IMG/VR virus record: IMGVR_UViG_3300030098_002348
Reading direction: 5' to 3' (one strand)
DNA length: 64,000 nt
Origin: an uncultured virus (IMG/VR IMGVR_UViG_3300030098_002348)
Taxonomy: Duplodnaviria > Heunggongvirae > Uroviricota > Caudoviricetes
Below the pieces are notes generated by a model, which saw only the letters and a program-made list of their open reading frames with translations, did no database searches and was not told the origin of the DNA. The position numbers and the translations under genes were made by a program. Numbering within the stretch: the first letter of the stretch is position 1; every line of letters starts with the position of its first letter. Positions 1 through 8,963 of the stretch are shown here, piece by piece.

Positions 1-469
1 CATTAACTGTTAAATCTCCTTTAACATAAATAGCTGTGAATAATTTTCTATTTGATGGTTTAAAAACTTGACATGCGTTGATAGTCAAATTTCCATTTAT
101 GTAAATTAAAGCTGATCTTGAATCAGCTGTTGTTGTAAAAAAATCAGAATTAGAAAAAGATGAAACTGTTTGAGGTCCGTTATAAAACGTATAATCATAA
201 GACCCTAGTGGTTGACTATTGACTGTCATGGTTCCACCTGGTTGAGCAACAGCGTTAGACACAGCACCTAAATCACCTGCCCAAGTTCCATCTTGTTTTT
301 TACTAAACTGCTCTCTTAAAGTCCAAACACTAGATGCACTTCCTTGACTTACTAAACCACCATTTATAAAAGCTCTTAAATCATCTGCTGATTTATTACC
401 TGCAGATATAGAGGCTGCAGTGCTGGTTTTTTGTTTTCCAATTAATCTAGAACCTTTTCCTCTAGGCAT
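1..469 (-). CDS. Partial (3'-truncated by window) putative tail fibre/receptor-binding protein
   Basis: Hand-translated from ATG at 469 behind a GGAGG SD: MPRGKGSRLIGKQKT...SVWTLREQFSKKQDGTW...IYVKGDLTVN; open to the window edge; same syntenic slot as 55384..57249. Confidence 0.7.
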   Translation of the reverse strand, partial: MPRGKGSRLIGKQKTSTAASISAGNKSADDLRAFINGGLVSQGSASSVWTLREQFSKKQDGTWAGDLGAVSNAVAQPGGTMTVNSQPLGSYDYTFYNGPQTVSSFSNSDFFTTTADSRSALIYINGNLTINACQVFKPSNRKLFTAIYVKGDLTVN

Positions 470-478
470 TATGTCCTC

Positions 479-997
479 CTATGCGGACACCCAAGATGTG
501 CCGTTCCAATCATATATTGTTTTAGGGTCTGCTGTGTCGTTTGATTTTGTTGCTTCCCAACCTTTAGTGTTGTCAGCTTGATATTTTGTATCGTTCCATG
601 AAATATTATACCACCATACAACAGGATCTTGACCATCATCAGTAATTGTTGGATTAGCTATTGGTGGTTGCCAATCATCATTATCATCTAATGACCAAGA
701 TGCAAAAGGTTGTGGCATAATAAATTTATCTTTAGCTGCATCATACCTATAACCAATACCTGCATATTGTTTCCTGAAATTATGATTATATGATGTTTGT
801 TTAAATTCTGTGTTTGGTTTATTAAAAAAATTTTTACACCAAAGTTCACCATCAACATGCATGTCGTTACTTTCTAAAATTCCTCCATTTGCAGGAATAT
901 CATTACCCACAACAGTAACTGCCACGACAATTTTGTGTGTGTCAGACGTAAATCCAGTTGGATCTATTTTTGTTTCTAATTCTGCGAAATGTGCCAT
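479..997 (-). CDS. Tail-fibre-associated protein (MAHFAEL family), copy 1
   Basis: 172 aa; QTSYN..FRK.YAGIG..YD..KDKF..PQPF.SW motif; homologous to 57259..57750; lies between Gly-rich fibre genes. Confidence 0.65.
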   Translation of the reverse strand: MAHFAELETKIDPTGFTSDTHKIVVAVTVVGNDIPANGGILESNDMHVDGELWCKNFFNKPNTEFKQTSYNHNFRKQYAGIGYRYDAAKDKFIMPQPFASWSLDDNDDWQPPIANPTITDDGQDPVVWWYNISWNDTKYQADNTKGWEATKSNDTADPKTIYDWNGTSWVSA

Positions 998-1034
998 TTT
1001 TTTACTCCTTAAAATATTTTATACCAATTTTATA

Positions 1035-2000
1035 TTAAAATCCAGTCCATTCTCCGGATAGACGTAGATCATACACCTGCTCTAAATTCCAAATTCCAGG
1101 GGCCGAAGCGGGTGCAGATGGTTCTTTAATAATAACCACACCAGGTCCGCCAGCTCCACCTGATCTTGCTGTGCTAGTAGAAGGTCCACCAACTCCACCG
1201 CCACCACCGCCAGTGTTGGCTGTTCCTGGTGTTGCATTAGCGTCACTAGCTCCTGCACCGCCTCCACCTGCACCGCCAGCTCCTCCTGGAGCACTTGTAT
1301 AACCTCCACCACCGCCACCACCAGCGTATGTTACAGCAGAACCTGTAATTGCATTTGGTGCACCTGCACCTCCAGCTCCTCCAGATCCAGGTTGTCCCCC
1401 TTGCCCTGAAGCTGTAGCTCCACCTCCAGCTCCTCCTTTATTGCTAGATTCATTTCCTCCAGGGTTACCTTGAGGTGGATTTACAAATGGTGTGTTACCT
1501 GAACCTTGACTACAGAAAGGTGTTCCACCTCCTGCTCCACCACCAGATCCTCCAGAGCCACCACCAGGTGGGGCTCCTCCTGAGTTTCCTCCAAAACCAC
1601 CTCCTGCTGATGTTATACAAAAAGCAGATGAATTGCCCCCTACAGAGCCTTGTCTTGTCGGACTACCGGATGGCCCAGGTGCGTTAGGACCTCCAGCTCC
1701 ACCACCTCCTACTACTATTGAATAACTTGTATCTTTTGTGACTGGAACAGATGGTGCTTGTAAAGGAGATGGACCAAAACCTGATGCACGATAACCTCCT
1801 GCACCGCCACCGCCGCCACCGCCAACATCTTCTTGTCCTTTTCCAGATCCACCACCGCCGCCACCAACGATTAAATAATCAACGTTAGCTGTTCCTTGTG
1901 CTGTAAAAGTTCCATTTGCATTAAAGGTACTTATTTTTACTGGTAGTGCAGCAGTGACTGTTTGAACTGGTCCAATTACTCCGCCGTTTCCTTGCGCCAT
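1035..2000 (-). CDS. Glycine-rich tail fibre/adhesin protein, copy 1
   Basis: 321 aa; YLIVGGGGGG, ANTGGGGGG and GGPGVVII polyglycine motifs; homologue at 57799..58725. Confidence 0.75.
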   Translation of the reverse strand: MAQGNGGVIGPVQTVTAALPVKISTFNANGTFTAQGTANVDYLIVGGGGGGSGKGQEDVGGGGGGGAGGYRASGFGPSPLQAPSVPVTKDTSYSIVVGGGGAGGPNAPGPSGSPTRQGSVGGNSSAFCITSAGGGFGGNSGGAPPGGGSGGSGGGAGGGTPFCSQGSGNTPFVNPPQGNPGGNESSNKGGAGGGATASGQGGQPGSGGAGGAGAPNAITGSAVTYAGGGGGGGYTSAPGGAGGAGGGGAGASDANATPGTANTGGGGGGVGGPSTSTARSGGAGGPGVVIIKEPSAPASAPGIWNLEQVYDLRLSGEWTGF

Positions 2001-2012
2001 AATTTAAACCTC

Positions 2013-2408
2013 CTACGCGTCGTCTAGTACTTCATACGATATAAATAAATCTAAATCTCCCGTAGCACTAGCTCCACCTTTTAAAATGTCGCCTTCCATT
2101 AGATAGATAGGCGTGTCCGAAATAACTAACGTTGCGTCAGCTGGGACAGAAACTGTTTTTGCTAAGTAAACTGTTGCATCAGCACCTGTTGGTGTAATAC
2201 CTGTTGCTCCGGCAGTTGTTAAACCATCAACAAATAAATCCACATTTGCTGCGCTTGATCCATCAACATTAGCTACGGTAATTCTATTAATTTTTACAAT
2301 TTTATCATTATCAACTGTAAGTAAAGTTGCAGTTGTCGTGTTAGATAAATTAAAACCTAGATTTCCACCTACTATTGATGTTACGTTTACTATATTTGGG
2401 TTTGCCAT
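2013..2408 (-). CDS. Small virion structural (tail fibre base) protein, copy 1
   Basis: 131 aa, beta-rich; near-identical homologue at 58738..59127; GGAGG SD. Confidence 0.6.
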   Translation of the reverse strand: MANPNIVNVTSIVGGNLGFNLSNTTTATLLTVDNDKIVKINRITVANVDGSSAANVDLFVDGLTTAGATGITPTGADATVYLAKTVSVPADATLVISDTPIYLMEGDILKGGASATGDLDLFISYEVLDDA

Positions 2409-2420
2409 AATTTACTCCTT

Positions 2421-3074
2421 TTATCCGAAAACGATTGCCATTGCAATAGCTTTTCCGGTAGTTATACCCGCATCTGCAAAAGATAACGTTCCAGCCCCGT
2501 CAGAAACCAAAGCCTGGCCTGAAGAAGTAGCGTCTGCGTTAGGTAATGTTAATGTTACACTAGAACCTATAGTTGCTGGTGCTTTTAATGCAAAAAAGTG
2601 TGAATCATCTGCATCTTTAAATTTTAAAGGGTTTTGATTAGATAGTCCTATTTCTGAAAAATCTGCAAAAACATCAACAATATTAGTTCCGTCAGAGTAT
2701 ACTATTTTGTGACCCTTATCTGTAGTTGCCCAAGTAGTACCAGTTCCTGTTGCAGTTTTTAATTGAACAGTTTGAGCTCCTGTAGAACCATTGTGAGCTA
2801 TGTAAAGATTTTCTACACTATCTGGAACAGTAACAATTGATGATCCTGTCAAAGCACCTGTCAGTTTCCAAACTCTATTTGCAAGAGTTGCTCCAGTTGC
2901 ACCATCGCTTTTACTTAAAGCTAAAGTTCCGCCATTAGTTAAAGCTTGTTCTTGATAACCACCTGTAATTTGTTGGACTATTTGTAAATTAGTATTTGTT
3001 TTATTTCCCCATGTACCAGCGTTTTCACCAGTAGCCATTAGTTCAATACCTAAATTCGTAAAAGTTGATGCCAT
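2421..3074 (-). CDS. Virion structural/tail fibre protein, copy 1
   Basis: 217 aa; N-terminal GENAGTWG..TN.NL and C-terminal TTGKAIAMAIVFG motifs; homologue at 59140..59793. Confidence 0.65.
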   Translation of the reverse strand: MASTFTNLGIELMATGENAGTWGNKTNTNLQIVQQITGGYQEQALTNGGTLALSKSDGATGATLANRVWKLTGALTGSSIVTVPDSVENLYIAHNGSTGAQTVQLKTATGTGTTWATTDKGHKIVYSDGTNIVDVFADFSEIGLSNQNPLKFKDADDSHFFALKAPATIGSSVTLTLPNADATSSGQALVSDGAGTLSFADAGITTGKAIAMAIVFG

Positions 3075-3084
3075 AATTTATCCT

Positions 3085-4065
3085 CTATGCTGCCGTAACA
3101 TCTGTATAAGATGTATTTCCATTTATGTCAATATCAGTATAACTCGTATTTCCATCAATTACAACATTTTGATAAGCCCTTATTCCTAGAGCTCCTACCG
3201 CTGATATCGCCTCTTGACCATCTAATCCAATAACCATTTCTGTAGGAGTAATGGCCCCCACACTCGATGTTGCAGCTGATGGTGCTGTTAATGGAACACC
3301 TATTTGAGATATTAAAGAACCAACTCCAGATGTTGCGACCTGTCCTGTTAATGGAACACCTATTCCAACTATTAATGATCCTACACCAGCGGTTGCAGAC
3401 TGACCTATTATCCCTATTTCTACAGCATCTAAAATTATTCCACCAACTGCAGATGTTGCCTGTTGACCTGTTAATCCCACTGTCATGTTAGTAGGAGAAA
3501 TAGCTCCTACACTAGACGTTAGTTCTGAAGGTGCTGTTGGAGTTATTATAGAAGTTAAATTTAAAGTTAAAGAACCTAAACCTGCTGTTATTTCACTTGG
3601 TGCAGTTAATGGTACAAAATTTTCGACAGCTGGTGTTAAAGATCCAACAGAAGATGTTGCACTAACTCCAGCTGGTTGAACTAATTTATTAAATGAATCA
3701 CCATAAGGTTCTTCACCCCAACCGTTTCTACCCCAACCAACCAATGTTCCAGCGTTATCAAAATCCCCAACTTCCGATGTCATTTGACTCGGTGCTGTTA
3801 AAGTTACAAACTCAACTGATATGGAACCTACTGAACTTGAGGCCTGTTGACCAGATAAGCCAACGACATCTGCAGGGGTAATTGAACCTATTGAAGAAGT
3901 TGCCGGTAGACCACTTAAACCTACAGACATTTCAATAGGAGTAATTGAACCTATTGAAGAAGTTAATCCTGACGGTGCGGTTAAAGCAATTGTGACAGTA
4001 TTAGATTGCCAAGAGTTCTGACCCCAGGCTACTGAAGGACTATCTCCACCCCAGACTGATGCCAT
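3085..4065 (-). CDS. Repeat-rich virion structural protein (WG motifs, LTAPS..TSSVG repeats), copy 1
   Basis: 326 aa with ~20-aa imperfect repeats and GWGRNGWGEEPYG; homologue at 59802..61127. Confidence 0.65.
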   Translation of the reverse strand: MASVWGGDSPSVAWGQNSWQSNTVTIALTAPSGLTSSIGSITPIEMSVGLSGLPATSSIGSITPADVVGLSGQQASSSVGSISVEFVTLTAPSQMTSEVGDFDNAGTLVGWGRNGWGEEPYGDSFNKLVQPAGVSATSSVGSLTPAVENFVPLTAPSEITAGLGSLTLNLTSIITPTAPSELTSSVGAISPTNMTVGLTGQQATSAVGGIILDAVEIGIIGQSATAGVGSLIVGIGVPLTGQVATSGVGSLISQIGVPLTAPSAATSSVGAITPTEMVIGLDGQEAISAVGALGIRAYQNVVIDGNTSYTDIDINGNTSYTDVTAA

Positions 4066-4079
4066 AAGGATTTACCTCC

Positions 4080-4511
4080 TTATGCTATTCTTACTATAGC
4101 TGTTGTTGCTGCTTTTGCTGGGAACTGAATTGTGAATGTTCCAGAAGAAACTGTTTTGTCTCCACCGAAAGCTACCGCACAGACCGCAGGATCACCTGTT
4201 GCAGTGTCATTGAATATTAAACACCCATTAGCTGTAAAAGATGCGCTTGTGAAACTTACATCATCAAAGTCACAACAAGCTGTTGTAGAATCCAACGTAG
4301 GAGTTATGCTTGTTAAAGCAGCTCCTTTCGCAGTATACCCAGTCCCTGTAATTTCTTCAGATGTTGTGTATGCAGTTGTGCCTGCTCCTAAAGTTGCAGA
4401 ACTTGTGTAAAGAGCTAAATTAAATGTATTACCAGTAGAGGCTGTGAAGTTGTGAACTCCTTTTAAAATTTCTACTTTAAAACTGTTACAAATTGCCGAT
4501 GTTATTGCCAT
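4080..4511 (-). CDS. Virion structural protein, copy 1
   Basis: 143 aa; near-identical to 61141..61572. Confidence 0.65.
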   Translation of the reverse strand: MAITSAICNSFKVEILKGVHNFTASTGNTFNLALYTSSATLGAGTTAYTTSEEITGTGYTAKGAALTSITPTLDSTTACCDFDDVSFTSASFTANGCLIFNDTATGDPAVCAVAFGGDKTVSSGTFTIQFPAKAATTAIVRIA

Positions 4512-4524
4512 AGTTGTTCTCCTT

Positions 4525-5277
4525 TTACGGTGAAGGTGACTGCACTGGGATTCTTATTGTTCCATCAGTATAGTCATCTCTTCTACGTCTTCCAATTTGC
4601 ACTCCTGCAAACTTCTGTACCTCTTGTTTATATTTATTTTCATATAATGTCAACATATCCATTGGACCTTTTAAAAACCCATATGCTTCTACAAGACATG
4701 CGTATAATAATCCACTTGGAAAATATTGACTAATGTATGTGCCACTAGTCTCTGTAACCAGACTTTTAGGCATCATGGTATAATATATCCTAAATTTATA
4801 GTTTTGATCAGGTGTTGGCGCTATGTACATGCCACCTGATGTGGTGCTGGTCGTGCCAGTTGCTCCACCAAACATGGCATAATATTTAGGTAAGCCAGTT
4901 GTATCTTGATTAGTTAAATCTCCCTCAGATCCAGTTAGCCGTCCTACATACTCTGATAAATAAGTTTGATCTTTTTTCTGTAACCAAACTCCTTGACCTG
5001 TTGTAGCTGATGTAGAATTAAATACCTCTATCCCCCTAACAAACACTGCACCAGTAGCACCCTGTGTGCCTTTACCAGGAGCGTTTATTGTATTATCATC
5101 GGTTACAAAAGCTCCTTCACTAACATATCTATATGCATCAATTGGAACATCATAAAAAATTCTAAATTCAGCATCTTCAATAAATCTATTGATGATAGCT
5201 GCTGTTAGCACACTATCTCCCACTTCTGTGTAGTTTCTAATATCGGTCACTAAGTTTGCGTAATTAAATCCTGACAT
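4525..5277 (-). CDS. Head-tail adaptor / tail tubular-like protein, copy 1
   Basis: 250 aa; G.PKYYA, APTPDQNY and LLYACLVEAYGFLKG motifs typical of podophage adaptor rings. Confidence 0.6.
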   Translation of the reverse strand: MSGFNYANLVTDIRNYTEVGDSVLTAAIINRFIEDAEFRIFYDVPIDAYRYVSEGAFVTDDNTINAPGKGTQGATGAVFVRGIEVFNSTSATTGQGVWLQKKDQTYLSEYVGRLTGSEGDLTNQDTTGLPKYYAMFGGATGTTSTTSGGMYIAPTPDQNYKFRIYYTMMPKSLVTETSGTYISQYFPSGLLYACLVEAYGFLKGPMDMLTLYENKYKQEVQKFAGVQIGRRRRDDYTDGTIRIPVQSPSP

Positions 5278-5280
5278 AAT

Positions 5281-6066
5281 TTATGCTCTTTGATTTACAG
5301 GTCCTGCAAATACAAAGAATCCTCCTCCTGTTTCTGTGCTTGATGCATTTGATACTAAACTAAAAGTAAATTTATTACTATAGCTCTGAGCTGTATTTGC
5401 ATCGTTTGTAGCTGTCTCAGAAACTTTTGTTATTATATACGATCCAAAAACTTTTGCACCTGAATTATGTGATGCCGCTGTCGTATTTGAATATGTTCTA
5501 CCGTACGCTGGTGCGGATGTACCTCGAGTGCAACCAGTTAGGTCATTACTAGATTTACCGGTATATTCTATTGTTTCATCTTCAATAACTATAAATCCGC
5601 TTGTTGGAAAAGCACCAGCATCAGCAAGGGTTATGGTTGTGGCTGTAGCTGAAATATTACCATTTAATGTTGTTTCTAATTGAAGAGTGTTGATTGCAAC
5701 TCCACCAACAGGTTCTTTAACTTCTCTAAATCTTATTGCATCACCCGTTGACCAAGGATTACTGTCCTGTAATACTTCATCTTCACCAGTAAAAACTGTT
5801 ACAACTTTAGATGCAGCTGTCATTACAAACGGATCATTTCTTAAAACATTAGGCGTAGGAAAAGCTGTTCTACTTGGTTTTGGATGTTTTAAAGCTTGTG
5901 GATCAGCGCTAGTAGGTCTTGGTTGTAATTGTGGTTGCTTTGGTTCAAACTCAGATATGTGCACCCAAGAACCATTCCACTCTTGAACCATCTCAGTATA
6001 CGGAAATCGTAAACCTGATCGGTCTGAAATCATGTATGCATATTTACCAGATGCAAAACTTCCCAT
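5281..6066 (-). CDS. Virion structural protein with inserted beta modules, copy 1
   Basis: 261 aa; ISDRSG.RFPY..M..EWNG..VH..E.EPKQPQL N-terminus; homologue at 62342..63172. Confidence 0.6.
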   Translation of the reverse strand: MGSFASGKYAYMISDRSGLRFPYTEMVQEWNGSWVHISEFEPKQPQLQPRPTSADPQALKHPKPSRTAFPTPNVLRNDPFVMTAASKVVTVFTGEDEVLQDSNPWSTGDAIRFREVKEPVGGVAINTLQLETTLNGNISATATTITLADAGAFPTSGFIVIEDETIEYTGKSSNDLTGCTRGTSAPAYGRTYSNTTAASHNSGAKVFGSYIITKVSETATNDANTAQSYSNKFTFSLVSNASSTETGGGFFVFAGPVNQRA

Positions 6067-7010
6067 TATCCCAACTCCGGATAGTAAACTTTTGGACTTA
6101 TAAATGTGCTGACCGGAGATCCATCTTCTGAAAGAGCTCTGGCAAATTCATCTTCATATAATAATTTTAGTTCTTGCACTCTTTGAGGGGCATATTTAAT
6201 AGCAAGATAGTATGCTAAACCTGAAGTCATGCAAGGTATAAATCTAAAAGGAACATCGGTTGCATTTGTATATGCACCTACATCTTGTATCCTTTGTGTG
6301 TAATAAAAATTTATGCAATATCCAGTTTGAGCTTGTTCACTTCCTGGTGTTAGATACAAAGTTATTGTAACCTTATCTATGAATCTTTGAACAAAATATT
6401 GATTTGGTGTTCCTTTATCTGTTTTATTTGAAAATGCTTGATACTGTGATCTACTAATTTTTGTCATGGGAGCATCGACATTTTGATCATTTCTATAATT
6501 AGATTCTAAAATATCATTGACGCCTGCAGGAAATTGTAAAACATTGTCTCCAGAGGTGTGAGTAGCAGCGGTTGTTCCGTTTACACCTCTGACACAACCA
6601 GTTAAATTTAAAGCAGATATACCTGAGTAAGTTATCTCTTCGTCATTTATTTTTACAATGCCTGAACTAGCAAGATTAGTTACAGATGCAACACCGATTG
6701 TTGTTACTGTAGCGTTGATTCCTGCAGATAAAGTGGTTGTAACTCCAGCGCTCGTGCCATCAGCCGTTGATCTAAAAAAGCTATATTCAGCTTGACCATC
6801 AACCATCTCAATACTTTGGTTTCTAACTTCCCAATAGTGTAAACCTCTATTACCCCACTCTGAAAAAAGAATATTTAAAGATCTTCTGGCTGTTTTTAAT
6901 TGATAGCCAGATACACCTTGCATACCTATTCTTTCATATGCCTCTTCAATAATCTCTTCGACTGGAAGAGTCTTTCCAAAAGTATAAGAACCCGAGGTGA
7001 TATTAGCCAC
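6066..7010 (-). CDS. Head-tail adaptor (tail tubular protein A-like), copy 1
   Basis: 314 aa; ARRSLNILFSEWGNRG and GLAYYLA.K..P.R...LK..YE.E motifs. Confidence 0.6.
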   Translation of the reverse strand: MANITSGSYTFGKTLPVEEIIEEAYERIGMQGVSGYQLKTARRSLNILFSEWGNRGLHYWEVRNQSIEMVDGQAEYSFFRSTADGTSAGVTTTLSAGINATVTTIGVASVTNLASSGIVKINDEEITYSGISALNLTGCVRGVNGTTAATHTSGDNVLQFPAGVNDILESNYRNDQNVDAPMTKISRSQYQAFSNKTDKGTPNQYFVQRFIDKVTITLYLTPGSEQAQTGYCINFYYTQRIQDVGAYTNATDVPFRFIPCMTSGLAYYLAIKYAPQRVQELKLLYEDEFARALSEDGSPVSTFISPKVYYPELG

Positions 7011-7019
7011 TTAGACCTC

Positions 7020-7337
7020 CTAACTTAAGTTTGGACCAGAAAATTTATCTGTAAGTAAAGTATAAGCTGTAACTTTAGTTTTAGTTTTACAAAAAATTCC
7101 TTTTGGAAATAAAATTCCGTCTTCAGGAAAATTAAAATTAATTACATCTCCAGAGGGTACATCAGCTTGAAACAAAGTTGTTCCTGAATTTGAAGTAGTC
7201 GATAGTTCTAAAGTTCCAGCTCCAGTGCCATCAGAGGCAACAATTATACCTCTTAATCTTACTGGTGGCTCTACGATGGCTGTTGCGCCTGCAGCGGCGT
7301 CAGATCTAGTAGCCTGTATATCAGTTTTTGCTGCCAT
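7020..7337 (-). CDS. Small virion structural protein
   Basis: 105 aa ORF with SD in the structural operon. Confidence 0.55.
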   Translation of the reverse strand: MAAKTDIQATRSDAAAGATAIVEPPVRLRGIIVASDGTGAGTLELSTTSNSGTTLFQADVPSGDVINFNFPEDGILFPKGIFCKTKTKVTAYTLLTDKFSGPNLS

Positions 7338-7352
7338 TTATTTTCTCCTTAG

Positions 7353-7362
7353 NNNNNNNNNN
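7353..7362. other. Assembly/scaffold gap (10 N)
   Basis: Run of n in the sequence. Confidence 0.99.
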
Positions 7363-7375
7363 CACTCTAATTATA

Positions 7376-8317
7376 TTAGTTAGTGTCGTTAATCTGTTGA
7401 GTCCAATAAATGTTTAACACACCTTCTCCGGCTGTTAATGCATCATCAGTCTTAGCAGAAATAACAACTGCTTTGTCCATCTCAAAACCAGAAGCATCGT
7501 CATCTGAAACATTTAAACAATTTTTCATTTGAGCTACTGTTTGGTCCATTCCAGTTGGAATGTGATGCGAAGCAACAGTTCTTACATCGTTATCAGCGTC
7601 ACCTGCAAAGTAGTCAAGATCTAAACTGTTTAAAGTAGCTCCTGCTGCTTGTGCAACGTTAGCACCGATTTGCATGTCAAAACCAGCTGTATCGAAAGCC
7701 TCGTTAACTACAAATCTAATATCATTGATTCTAGAAAATTTAGGGATCACGATATTGTTTGCTAAGTTTTTGCCAGATGTTGTTGATGATTGACCAAGTG
7801 GATATTCGTTAAATAACGATCTACACACAACAGAAATCAATCCTGAAAGAATTACACCAACTTTTAAAGTTCCTGCAGATCCTGAATCTAATGTGATAGA
7901 AGTTACAGTTTTAAAAGTTTTAGTTGAAGTAGCAGTGCCAGTATCTGCTAATGTTAGATCTTCAGTTTGTGCATTATCTAAAACATCAGTACCAGTGATC
8001 GTAGCAGTTTTGCTAGAGTCATCGCCACCAGATATAATAGTTATTACAGACGCAGCTTCGAAACCACCATCAGAAGTTATTCCTGGTACGTTTTGAGTAG
8101 CATCTACTAATGTAACAGTAGTCGTGCTAGCTCCATTAGAACCAGTTACAGCTAATTTGTCATCATCAGTTGTTACAGTAAAGTTACTGTGGTTTACAGG
8201 AAAAGACGCATGACACTCTACGAATGCAACGTTTCTTATATTTTCTGAAATACTTGTTCCTGTAGTATTTTGTATTCGGCCAACGTTAATTGGTCCCGAA
8301 AAGTTAGTTCTTGCCAT
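7376..8317 (-). CDS. Putative capsid decoration/head fibre protein
   Basis: ATG at 8317 (MARTNFSGP) behind GGAGG at 8326-8330; Thr/Ser-rich; downstream of the capsid gene. Confidence 0.55.
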   Translation of the reverse strand: MARTNFSGPINVGRIQNTTGTSISENIRNVAFVECHASFPVNHSNFTVTTDDDKLAVTGSNGASTTTVTLVDATQNVPGITSDGGFEAASVITIISGGDDSSKTATITGTDVLDNAQTEDLTLADTGTATSTKTFKTVTSITLDSGSAGTLKVGVILSGLISVVCRSLFNEYPLGQSSTTSGKNLANNIVIPKFSRINDIRFVVNEAFDTAGFDMQIGANVAQAAGATLNSLDLDYFAGDADNDVRTVASHHIPTGMDQTVAQMKNCLNVSDDDASGFEMDKAVVISAKTDDALTAGEGVLNIYWTQQINDTN

Positions 8318-8407
8318 AATTATATCCTCCAAGTTTAGATCACATAGTCTCTTGGCCGTCGACTATACGCGTCCATGTGAAATGTTAATAATTTGTATAG
8401 TGTGATT

Positions 8408-8436
8408 TTTATACAACAGTTTTAAGTAGAGCGCAA
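8408..8436 (-). promoter_or_regulatory. Sigma70-like promoter TTGCGC-N17-TATAAA
   Basis: Read on the minus strand upstream of 7376..8317. Confidence 0.5.
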
Positions 8437-8483
8437 GAGGGCCTGTGATGTGGATTGGATTTTTCCAACGATGTAGCTTTTTA

Positions 8484-8726
8484 TTAAGTAGCTACGGAAA
8501 CTTGTGGTTGCGAAGCCTCTATTTTATTTTGTGCGTCAGCTTTTTTAGCTTCTGCCATTTTAATATGGCTAATTACTTCTCTGACTTTTCTGTCAATCTT
8601 AACCATATCGAGAGTATACCTACCCTCTTTAAGATGCTCCTGCTCCCATTGAAGATCTAGTCCCTTCTTCTGTGTGTAAAGGGTCTCCAGATGTTGCATT
8701 ATCGCCTCCATTGATAACCTCCTCAT
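8484..8726 (-). CDS. Hypothetical small helical protein
   Basis: 80 aa ORF (true start may be internal), co-oriented with the operon. Confidence 0.5.
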   Translation of the reverse strand: MRRLSMEAIMQHLETLYTQKKGLDLQWEQEHLKEGRYTLDMVKIDRKVREVISHIKMAEAKKADAQNKIEASQPQVSVAT

Positions 8727-8907
8727 AGGTTATTCTTTGTACTCTTGGGTCCATCATTTCTCCAAGATGTTCCCATTTTATATCACCTTTTCCCAATCTG
8801 TCAACTATTGCATTTTCTATATCTATTGGGCCATCCAGACAGGTAATAATAAAGTCTGCATGATACTGGTAGGCGTTGATTTGTACTCTGAAGTTTTTGG
8901 GGTGCAT
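8629..8907 (-). CDS. Hypothetical protein
   Basis: 92 aa ORF after the capsid hairpin, with AGAAAG SD. Confidence 0.5.
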   Translation of the reverse strand: MHPKNFRVQINAYQYHADFIITCLDGPIDIENAIVDRLGKGDIKWEHLGEMMDPRVQRITYEEVINGGDNATSGDPLHTEEGTRSSMGAGAS

Positions 8908-8927
8908 TTTTTCTTTCTATTTAGAGA

Positions 8928-8954
8928 TTGAGGCGGGATTATGTCCCGCCTCAA
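8928..8954 (-). terminator. Stem-loop after the major capsid gene
   Basis: TTGAGGCGGGA-ttatg-TCCCGCCTCAA, perfect 11-bp stem; weak U-tract. Confidence 0.65.
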
Positions 8955-8963
8955 AATTAGTTA

